A stretch of 64,000 nt of DNA, taken from NCBI RefSeq assembly GCF_964204645.1, contig NC_134026.1, positions 16,340,150-16,404,149 of the forward strand. The letters run 5' to 3'. The stretch comes from Tubulanus polymorphus (Eukaryota > Animalia > Nemertea). This document shows, piece after piece, positions 9,847 through 19,267 of the stretch. The notes below the pieces were generated by a model. The model saw nothing but the letters and a program-made list of their open reading frames with translations. It ran no database searches and was not told where the DNA came from. Each line of letters begins with the position of its first letter. Positions within the stretch are counted from its first letter, which is position 1. The position numbers and the translations under genes are program-made.

Positions 9847-10281
9847 TTAATAATTTATTAATTCTTTTAATAATTTATCTTGTTCTTCAACTGTTATATG
9901 ACCATTTAAACTTATTATATAATCTAGTGTGTTCTTTAATTTATTAATTTCTTTTATATTAGTTTTAATTTTTTCTTTATTACTTTTTATATTTAATTTT
10001 GAACTTATACCGGTTAAAACACTTGAACTTAATCCTAATACACCAATTGATATAGCTAAAGGTGTTAATGGGCTGAATATTGCTAGAAATGTTATTACAG
10101 AACTAATTGTAACCAAACCACTTATAATCAAATAATATATAATTTTACTTTTTAAATATTTTTTCTTTTTTATCTTTAAGTCACTTTCATATTCTAATAT
10201 TTGTTTTTCTAAATATGTTTTTAATTTAGTTTTATTTATATCATGAGGAATAATATCAATACTATCAACTTTATCTTCCAT
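9847..10281 (-). CDS. Two-TM membrane protein
   Basis: 144 aa with a central hydrophobic hairpin flanked by Lys-rich coils. Confidence 0.8.
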   Translation of the reverse strand: MEDKVDSIDIIPHDINKTKLKTYLEKQILEYESDLKIKKKKYLKSKIIYYLIISGLVTISSVITFLAIFSPLTPLAISIGVLGLSSSVLTGISSKLNIKSNKEKIKTNIKEINKLKNTLDYIISLNGHITVEEQDKLLKELINY

Positions 10282-10298
10282 TTATTTAGCAAAAAAAA

Positions 10299-10724
10299 TT
10301 ACTCATTAGTAAATTTATAAGCAACAAATATAACAATAACTGTTCCACCTAAAATCCAAATTATTTCATATTTCTGTTGTTCTTTACTTGGGGTATAATA
10401 ATCTGATAATTTAGGTTTGTATAGATGTAATTTTTCTTTATTGGTTACTGTGTTATATAAACTCATTGCATCATCAACTGATTGAAAATCTCTATGTGAA
10501 ATCTTCTGATCATATAATTCTTTATTGATGTAATCCATATAGTTTTGTCTCTTTTCTCTATATTCTTCTGCAGCTTTATTGTATTTCTCTAACGCTAAAT
10601 TATGTCTTCTTTGTTCTCCTAATGAACTATTTTTATCAATATGTTTAAATAAATAACCACCACCAGTAAATGCTAAAGCGTTAACAATTGCCGATCCTAT
10701 AATAGTTATAATTGCAGAAGCCAT
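10299..10724 (-). CDS. Small membrane-associated Polinton protein
   Basis: N-terminal IIGSAIVNALAFTGGGYLF and a C-terminal TM; intact homolog at 62541-62963. Confidence 0.85.
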   Translation of the reverse strand: MASAIITIIGSAIVNALAFTGGGYLFKHIDKNSSLGEQRRHNLALEKYNKAAEEYREKRQNYMDYINKELYDQKISHRDFQSVDDAMSLYNTVTNKEKLHLYKPKLSDYYTPSKEQQKYEIIWILGGTVIVIFVAYKFTNE

Positions 10725-10749
10725 TTATTTAGTAAAAAAAATTATGCAT

Positions 10750-10971
10750 TTATATGGGAGGAATATATTTTTGTTTTTCCAAATAATCAATAGTTAAATT
10801 AGATAAAGTAACTGCTAATGTTAACTTTAAAATATCATTGATATCAAATCTATCAACATTAACACTTCCCATTTTGAATACTTTTTTTAATACCATTGAA
10901 TAACCAACCGTTCCAACTGATAGTAATGCGCCATTATATAATCCAGTTATTATCCACTTATTATCACTCAT
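10750..10971 (-). CDS. Small hydrophobic protein (73 aa)
   Basis: Near-identical intact homolog at 62988-63209. Confidence 0.8.
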   Translation of the reverse strand: MSDNKWIITGLYNGALLSVGTVGYSMVLKKVFKMGSVNVDRFDINDILKLTLAVTLSNLTIDYLEKQKYIPPI

Positions 10972-10974
10972 TTA

Positions 10975-11331
10975 TTAATCAAAAAAATTACTATCTTCAA
11001 AATATTTAGTTAACTTATTTATGATTAATTCAACATTTATTTTATTACTAGTTTTATGATTATCATATATTTTGGTTAATATGTTTTTAATATCATATAT
11101 GATAAAATCTTCATCTAATTCATAAAATCTTAAAGATTCTCTAATTAAATTAGTAATCTTTTCTACATTTAAAGTTTCTTTATCTATTGTTGTTTCATAC
11201 TCAAATGTTGTTTCATTAGAAAATGCAATATTTTTTATATGTGTTATTACATCATTAATGTTAAATTTCATTTCTTTCTCACGTTTAAAATCAAATCCAA
11301 AACATATACTCGGTCCAACAGTTATATTCAT
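10975..11331 (-). CDS. Hypothetical protein (118 aa)
   Basis: Intact homolog at 63210-63566. Confidence 0.8.
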   Translation of the reverse strand: MNITVGPSICFGFDFKREKEMKFNINDVITHIKNIAFSNETTFEYETTIDKETLNVEKITNLIRESLRFYELDEDFIIYDIKNILTKIYDNHKTSNKINVELIINKLTKYFEDSNFFD

Positions 11332-11347
11332 TTATATAGGTGAAAAA

Positions 11348-12106
11348 TTACTCTTTACATCTTATAACTAATTCATAAATTACAGGAAAGTTATTCAAAT
11401 CAATTAAGTATCCATTATGATTTCTTATTTCTAATTTAAAATTATTAAATTGAGGAATACAAGGTTTGAAATCACATTCAGCTAAATTATAATTTATTTG
11501 CGTTCCAAATTGTTTAACATTCTTCAATGGTAAAATGTTTAGTAAACCAGAATTACATGTTGTATCTTTAGTTGCTTCAAATGTTTTTGTAGGATCGATT
11601 AAATTGCAATAAATATAAAAATGTGTAAAAGGTATTAAGTTTGATCTACCTTCTGCGTATGCTGTAACAATATCTGGGTTAATTCCTAACAGTTTAGCTA
11701 AAGGTTTTCTTACTGTAAATTTAAATTGTTCGTTATTATCTAACCTAATCTTTATTTTATTAGAACTATCACTTTTTAAAATTCTAATACTAAATCTGGA
11801 ATCACTTCCTAATTTAGCTCGAGCTTTTCTATTAATTTCTTGTGCTAATGTATCTAAATTATATAACCCCGGTTTTAAAAATATAGAGAACCATTCATTT
11901 TTACCTTTATAAAAAATTAAAAAAGCTCTATGTTCAATAGTTTTATCCGATATATTGTAAAAAGAATTACATAAACTTATATTTACTAATTTTAAATCTA
12001 CACAATTCTTGAATTCTCTATCTAATTGTACTAGTAAATTATGTGATTTATAATTTGTAAGTTTTCTAGAATCTATAAATATTCTGTATTCTTTTAATTC
12101 CGCCAT
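11348..12106 (-). CDS. Minor capsid (penton, single jelly-roll) protein
   Basis: IFIDSR..SFYNI, FYIYCNLI, LLNILP and FKLEIRNHNGYLIDLN patterns typical of Polinton/virophage pentons. Confidence 0.8.
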   Translation of the reverse strand: MAELKEYRIFIDSRKLTNYKSHNLLVQLDREFKNCVDLKLVNISLCNSFYNISDKTIEHRAFLIFYKGKNEWFSIFLKPGLYNLDTLAQEINRKARAKLGSDSRFSIRILKSDSSNKIKIRLDNNEQFKFTVRKPLAKLLGINPDIVTAYAEGRSNLIPFTHFYIYCNLIDPTKTFEATKDTTCNSGLLNILPLKNVKQFGTQINYNLAECDFKPCIPQFNNFKLEIRNHNGYLIDLNNFPVIYELVIRCKE

Positions 12107-12123
12107 TTATTTTACATATTTTC

Positions 12124-12465
12124 TCATTCGAAATCTATTTCATGGTGCCCTTTTTCATTCTTACCTTTATATACGAAATAGAAATCTCCAGAACATAATT
12201 CTTCTAGATCTTCACTTGATAATCTATGAAATCTATCTGGTAAATATGTTCTGAATTTATATGTATTTCCTTTTAATCCTTCATATTCTAAGTGTATAAC
12301 TAATTTATCTCCATATTTATTAGTAATTGTTTCAATGTTAGTAATTAAATATTTCTTGTGAATTGTTAACTCAGTTAGTTTTTTAAATTTATAATCTACA
12401 GATTTGACGCTTGAAGTATCTTTAATTCTATCTAAGAATTCACTGTGTACTTGTTTACTCTCCAT
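12124..12465 (-). CDS. Putative OB-fold ssDNA-binding protein
   Basis: KKLTEL..KKYLI..NKYGDKLVI..YLPDRF pattern; adjacent to PolB; functional call is inference. Confidence 0.55.
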   Translation of the reverse strand: MESKQVHSEFLDRIKDTSSVKSVDYKFKKLTELTIHKKYLITNIETITNKYGDKLVIHLEYEGLKGNTYKFRTYLPDRFHRLSSEDLEELCSGDFYFVYKGKNEKGHHEIDFE

Positions 12466-12493
12466 TTATTATACAAATTTTTATTGAAATTGA

Positions 12494-15400
12494 TTAACAC
12501 GTTAGAATCCTTTTCATAATCTCATTTTCTTTTGTTTCTTCTCTTTTGAATTTTATATATTCATCTAAATTGCAACCATAGGCGACTGTGTGGATTCCAT
12601 CATCTAAAATATATCTTTTATCATCAAATGGATTCAAACTTATCTTCTCTATCTCTTCAATATACATTTCATGATCTTCAGATCTTAAACATTTCATCTT
12701 ATGTTTTCTAACTTCTTCATTAAATATACAATTGATGTAATCTTTGAAATGAATATTCTTTTCAACAACGCTTTTGGTTATTCCTTTTAACTTTTTAGCT
12801 TCATGTTCTTTAGTTTTATATGAATACATTTTAGATCTAATACCAATGAACTCTATCATTTCTTCACCACCTAATTCATCCTTAAACTTCCCAGGAACTT
12901 TTTTATTATCATTGGTAAACAATTCATGATTTTTTGGATAGTTACTGAAATCAAAATGATGTTTTAATGTTTTTAAATCATCTGTTATGTTATCAGTTTT
13001 TATCTTTAATATGTAAGAATCTGTATCAAAGTATAGAATTTCTATATTCTTTTCTCCAAAATGGGGTTGTAATATGTTATAGTAAAATTTATACATTAAT
13101 AACTTTGATAATTCTAAAACAGTCGAACCAATAAATATAGGTTTATTGAATTTAATAGACGTTCTCCTCATTTTAACTGCAGCTAAATTTTCATCAAATA
13201 TTCTGTTACCTATAAACTTAGGATATGATTGTAAATGCCTTATCCTTTTACCATTACTAACTAACTCAATATCATTTCTATTTCTAATATTTTCACAAGT
13301 CTTACCATAGAACGCATTGTTCATTAACTTGAAGAAGTCTTTTTCAAAATCAGTTTTAGATTTAGTTCTCTGTGTAGTATTAAAATCTATATATTTTTCT
13401 AACCATTTAGATTGACTAAATGAAATATATCTATGTACTTTTTTTAGAATCATTCCTTGATTCAAATAAAACTTCAACATTCTATAATGTACTACATAAT
13501 TATATTTATCTTCTTGAGTTACCATTAACTTTTCAGTATGAATATGATTATCGGGTTTAATTCTTTTTTGATAATTTGATAATTCTTCATGTTTAACAGT
13601 TTTATGTTCGGGACAATATGCTAGATTTCTAGATTTGAATTTAATATTTTCAGGGTATTCTAAATCTACAACAAAGAAGTAACCAGTATCTGAATCATCT
13701 GCAATATCTAGAATTCTTTTCTTCCAATCAAATTTATCAATTTGTAAAACTTCAGTTATTTCAAACATCCCATAAGGTTGTGGTTCCATCATTGCCCAAC
13801 CATAAAGATTATTTGCATCTATATATGATAATTTATATCCAGGATTATCATTTACATTGAAATATCTATCACCCAATACACCGGAAACACCTCCTCTTAT
13901 AGATTTTTCAAATAATAGTAATTGATCTATATTTGTTAACAAATCCATTTTTATATCTGTAAATTTTAATCCACAATCCCATGTTAATCCTGGTGATGAA
14001 TAACAATGACATGGATCAATGTTAAAATATTTTAGGTTTACATCTCTAAACCTTTCGAATATATCGGTTAATAATAATACATCTGATTTTAAATATAAAT
14101 CTACTAATTGACCATGATTTTCTATTTTGAAATGATTCCAAATATTCAATGTTCTATTATAGACTTCATCTTTAACATATTCATTTTTTAATTCATCATA
14201 AAATTGTTCTTTTAATAATTCAGTTATTTTAAAATCATTATGATTTTTATAGAAAGAATATGGAATCGCTCCTTTATATCTCATTAATTGGAAATCATCA
14301 TTATTTGGGTAATATTCTTTTAATATTTTTAATTCATCATCAACTAATGATTTTGATAAGTTATCTAATGAACTACTTAAAAATCTATATGAATCTATAA
14401 ATCTTAGACAACCAAATTGGAATGATATATAATTCTCAGATGTTTTAGCTAACATTCTAAATTTATAAGTTGGTATTTTATCTTTTGATCTATTTGAATT
14501 TAATATTTCTATTTCATTATTGATTTCTTCTATTTTATAACATAGCTGTTTGATAAATAAATGTGCATCATATCCTGATAGATTATGAAATATAACTGGT
14601 ACAAAGTTAATTTTCTTAGCTTGTAAGTTACAATTCTCATGTGCAGCGCCTCTAAACTTTCCATTCAAATGATCATGGTCTCTTACTTTTTTATCTTTAT
14701 AATTAAATATCTTTTCACAATAATAACATTTATCTGCAAACTCAAATTCTTCTTTATCTTCTTCTGTCATTATAATTTCTATATTTTTATTTAACTTTTC
14801 ATTAAATCTTATTTCATATTCAATTAATAAGTCACAAAAATAATTGATAACATTTTCATTTCTATAATTATAATATTCACTTTTAATTAGTTCTGGATAA
14901 TCAGATTTAATATATAACCCGAAAGCAGCAGCTGATTGATGAATCTTTTTAATAGTATTTGTTATTGGTGGTTCATCTGAATAATCACTTTCATTAGAAT
15001 TTAATTTCTTTCTTTTATAATATATATCTTTTCTATCTTTATCTGTTAATTCTTTATTTAATGATTCAAAATCTCCATATATTACAAATGGTACTTTATT
15101 TTTGTAATCATATTTTTTGAATTCTAATATTTTATCTTTTTCATTTGGTAAAACTAATTTACAATAATCATGATTATCACATAGTTGTTTATGATTTAAT
15201 AATGTACTTTCATTACTAAATTTATGTAAACATTTTCTACATAGATATATTTTATTATGGTGATCACTTTCTGTTCTAAAAAATAAATCTATTTGTTTAA
15301 TCCACATATAATGATTCTCATAATATAGTATATCTATAACATCATTTGAATCATAATCTTTTGATAGGTATAAAGGTTCTAATGTATAATGTTTAATATT

Positions 15401-16525
15401 ATTTCCTTTTGTATTTGGTAATTTGATTAAATCAAATACATTTATCTTTAAATTATTATCTCTTTCTATTTTTGGGATATTTTTAATTCTAACAGGATAC
15501 TTATCTATCTTATAATTACTTTCAAATGGTTTATAATGAGTTAATCTAAAACTATGTGTAATATCTTCTGTTGGATGTAAACAACTTATTATAGCCCATA
15601 GAAAACATTTATCATCTTCATTTTGTATATTTATTACAGCATTAGTTTTAAATGGTAGTTTAATATAACTCGATGCTTCAATATCTAGTTCTTTATAATA
15701 TGATAAATTATTTTCATCAATTGGTTTTGATTTAGTTAACTTATTATATTTTGTGTTATAAACATGTAAAGTTATAAATATTATCTCATCAAATATTAAA
15801 CCAGATCCTTCAAAATATTTCTCTTCTATTTTAGATTTTACTTCATTATAACATTTATCTAATTTATCATCTATATGTTGTTTAGATATAATATGTTGTG
15901 AATGAGAATTTATATTATATATTGGTTTATCTTCAGATTTTATAAACTTTACTTTAACTGATATACTAATTTTAGGATATTCAACATCTGTAATTATTTT
16001 TATTATTTCTTTCATATTTTCTAAATGTTTTTTATTTTCTTCTATTGTTTTTCCTTTATGAAATTTAAACTCGATAGCTGCTGGACCAATATCACTTTTA
16101 AATGCTTCGGTTATTTCTATATCTTTTTTATTATCTAATGAATTAATATATTTTCTTACATCTTCCATGTATGGTCTTTTATTGTTTAATTTATTTTTTT
16201 TTCTTTTAATTGTCTTCTGTTTCTTATCGTTATCATTATCAAAATAATCTTCACCTAAAATATCATTATTCTTATTTCTAATATGACTTATAGATTTTAA
16301 ATGTTCTTTATAATATCTTTTATCACTGAATGATTGATTACATGTATCACATTTGTATGTTTCTTTTTCATTCTTTAATTCTTCTAATTTAGTTTCTAAT
16401 ATATCATCCTTTTATTCTAGTTTCAATTTATTCTCTAACTGTGTTCTAGTTTTATTGTGTCTTGCTTTTTGGGATTTATCTATATCGATATTACATGTTG
16501 GGCAGTAGTACTTATTTGCTTCCAT
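12494..16525 (-). CDS. polB: Protein-primed family B DNA polymerase with N-terminal zinc fingers, OTU-like region and inserted EndoVII-like domain; one in-frame stop near the 5' end
   Basis: Exo motifs YGDFES, FHNLSGYD, YLKSDV; Pol motifs YIDANNLYG, KLMNNAFYGK, YFDTDS. ATG 16525 is in frame with the 1224-aa ORF, with TAA at 16412-16414. Confidence 0.95.
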
Positions 16526-16590
16526 TTTAATACTATATTTTTTATTAAAATTGATTTTAGAAGTTCAATGATTTAAATGAATATTTTAAG

Positions 16591-16994
16591 AGTAATAGGG
16601 GTAATAGGCTTTCATATCAAAGGTTTAATGATCGAGTTCATTAATAACATATATTAAAAGTAATTAAAAAACTATAATATATTTTCATAACCGCGTGCAT
16701 TTCAGTTGAATAATAGAATAATTATTATCATTTGAATATATTTGATTATTTGAATTTGTGTATTGTAATTAAATCAATTGGTCGCGGAGCGGAGCGGTAT
16801 CGAAGTGGAGCGACCAATTGATTTAATACAATATGCTTTTTATATTATTGATATCTTAATAAATACTTAGTTTTGATATAAAATGCACGCGGTTATGAAA
16901 ATATATTATAGTTTTTTAATTACTTTTAATATTTTGTTTTTTAATGGGCTCGACCGTTCGACCTTTGGTATGAAAGCCTATTACCCCTATTACT
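16591..16994. repeat. Nested inverted repeat forming the right terminus of the Polinton
   Basis: Outer arms 16591-16702 / 16881-16994 (AGTAATAGGGGTAATAGG...CCTATTACCCCTATTACT); inner stem 16761-16785 / 16810-16833. Confidence 0.9.
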
Positions 16995-17589
16995 GTGAGT
17001 TTCAAGCTCATTTGTTTCTATATATGGTCAACAGGGGGCATTGAATTTTGTGACAAGTGGTCATGTTTCCTGAGCCTCTGGTTCAGCTGGTGGACCGCAT
17101 CTTATAATAGGGGAGGAAAATAGGCACTAATCCTGGCCCCCGTTGAGTTCTTGAACTGGTGCTTTCCTATTAGTGTACTAATATAACGAAAGACCAGAAA
17201 GGCTACATGCAATCTGATTACTTCTAACCTTTACCAGCACTTATTTTTCAGTCTATCCATCATGCCTCGCAAAAAAACTATTAAAGAATTGCATACAGAT
17301 TATCCTGAGGTAACCATCGTAAAATCTGGAAAAATGAAGCCTATTAAAGTTGTATGAGAGAAACAAAAAGAACCGATGTTATACCTGGTCAAAGATGGTG
17401 TTTTTCAAAGCGTCAGTGGGCAGTCGGAAATAAAAGGAAATGTTCCTGATTCTGGCTCATCTAATTTAACTGAGCCTGAATCTTCGGACTATGAATCACT
17501 TGATCCAACTGATAGTAAGTCAATACTAATACACTCTTATTCAATCAAATGAATTCGTTGAGAGAAATCCATTTGTATGGTACATGTAA

Positions 17590-18274
17590 TTTTTAGCTCG
17601 GCTGTGACCGAAGGTCAGTGGAGCTGATGGGTTAGAGTGATTATCTGTCGTCGTCCGTCCATTCCTCCGTCAGCTTTTGCTTCAATTTGCTACTAGTGCT
17701 ACAGTTCTTTTTTAATCTTGACCAAACTTGGTATGAAGTGAAAATGTCCAAGGGCTAAAAAGTTATGGAGCCGTTTTTCCGAATTTGATCTCTAGAGGGC
17801 GCTGTATGGGTGGCGCTTGTAAAATCTTTAAATCGCTTCTTGTCCAACAATTATAATCTCATCTTGACGAAACTGGGAATGTAGATACTACGGGCCAAGC
17901 ACTAAAAAGTTATAGGGCCGTTTTCCGTTATAGAGCCGATCTCTTTGAACTCTTGAGTGCTGTGAAGGTGGTCCTTGTAAAATCTCATCATAAAACAGGG
18001 GGGGGACATTTTGTAGCAGCAATTTTTTTGCGTAGCTGTAGCTCATGAGATGTTCCATGATTGTGGTCAGTTTCAAGGTCATGACTCTCTGTTTTGTAAT
18101 GTTCACCAGGGGGCATTGAATAGTGGAATAACGTATGATATTTCCATATTGCATGTTTTGTTACCACGATCAAAAGCAAAATTGTAGTTGCAAAAGGTCA
18201 TTGATATCTGTATTTTATAGATCGCCAGATTGTGGAGCCTTTCAACCAGCCAGTAGGCATGGTGCCCCCTAGTT
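17590..18274 (-). mobile_element. Non-autonomous Helentron-type element (HINE) in KDZ intron 1
   Basis: Hairpin plus GTCC-microsatellite end, core repeat shared with 24170-25348, and CTAGTT terminus. Confidence 0.7.
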
Positions 18275-19002
18275 AATTTGCCGGATGTTCCCATTAGGCA
18301 TTGGTGATGGCATTGTACTACTATAACTACATCTTGTTTTAAAATGATTGATCCAAATGAATATTCTTTTAACTCAAAAGGTCATTCTGAAAGTGCAACG
18401 AAAGGCAGTTATGGTGATTATGGAAAGAGACGAGTGTCTGAAGTCCATGCGTGGGATGAGTTATCGGACAAGCTCACTGAATCTGCTCTGAAGCAGTACA
18501 AACCGATGTCGTTTGAATGTTTTATCTGCGAAAAAATCGAACAAGAGCCTTTTCGATGTGATGATTGTCATCCATTTGCTACATACTGTTTGGAATGCAG
18601 CATAAACTTACATACATATTTGCCTTTCCATCGATTGAAGCAGTGGCAAGCTGTAAGTATTTATAGCCCATGTGGGACTCAAGTCCCAGGGGCCTAGCTT
18701 TCACTATTCAACTGTCATATGTCCATTATTCTGTCAAGGCGAACTTTTGAAGACACTTAATTCAATTGTCTGTCCATATATTTGGCTTGCTAAAATCAGC
18801 TCTTTTGAAGTTTTCAAGGGAAATTTCTAATACACTTCATGGTCAATTGGTATATTTGGTCAAAATTTGTTCACTCAAGGTCTTTTTTTGCGTCTAAAAA
18901 GGTTGTTTTTTATTTGAAATCTCATGTCTCTATCGCTTCTTTGCTTGGAAATATTGCACAAAATTTGACATTGGTACACATTGGAAATGTTTTTGAATAA
19001 TA

Positions 19003-19267
19003 AGCTCACGCCAATACAAACCCTGGCCACAAACCCTTCATATGGTCTATTACATTGTCCATTTCTTGGCCAGACAGTGTCCGCCAGTCTACATTTCACT
19101 CCAGTCAATCATATGCGTGGTAATGATGTAGGACAAATCATGCATCTCTTTGGCTAGATATATAGACTGGTGGGCATTCAGTGTTAACCTCTCGGCCCAC
19201 GAAATTTTGGGCGATGTAATAGACCAATGAAGGGTATACGGCCAGGGTTTGTGTTGACGGGAGCTTT
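19003..19267. mobile_element. MITE with long TIRs (Harbinger-like) in KDZ intron
   Basis: AGCTC..CAAACCCTGGCC..GGTCTATTACAT is mirrored by ATGTAATAGACC..GGCCAGGGTTTG..GAGCT; TAA/TTA flanks. Confidence 0.65.

Larger units (their letters stand above)
1..16994. mobile_element. Polinton/Maverick (adintovirus-like endogenous virus), copy 1; left end lies upstream of the window
   Basis: Compact, very AT-rich gene cluster with rve integrase, A32-type ATPase, capsid proteins and protein-primed PolB. Ends in ...CCCTATTACT (Polinton termini are AG...CT), after which host repeat sequence resumes abruptly. Confidence 0.95.

Noticed and set aside
1-16994. Prokaryotic prophage or plasmid contamination
   Set aside because: The gene set (rve-chromodomain integrase, pPolB, A32 ATPase) is Polinton-type, and the element joins directly to eukaryotic repeats and spliced genes.
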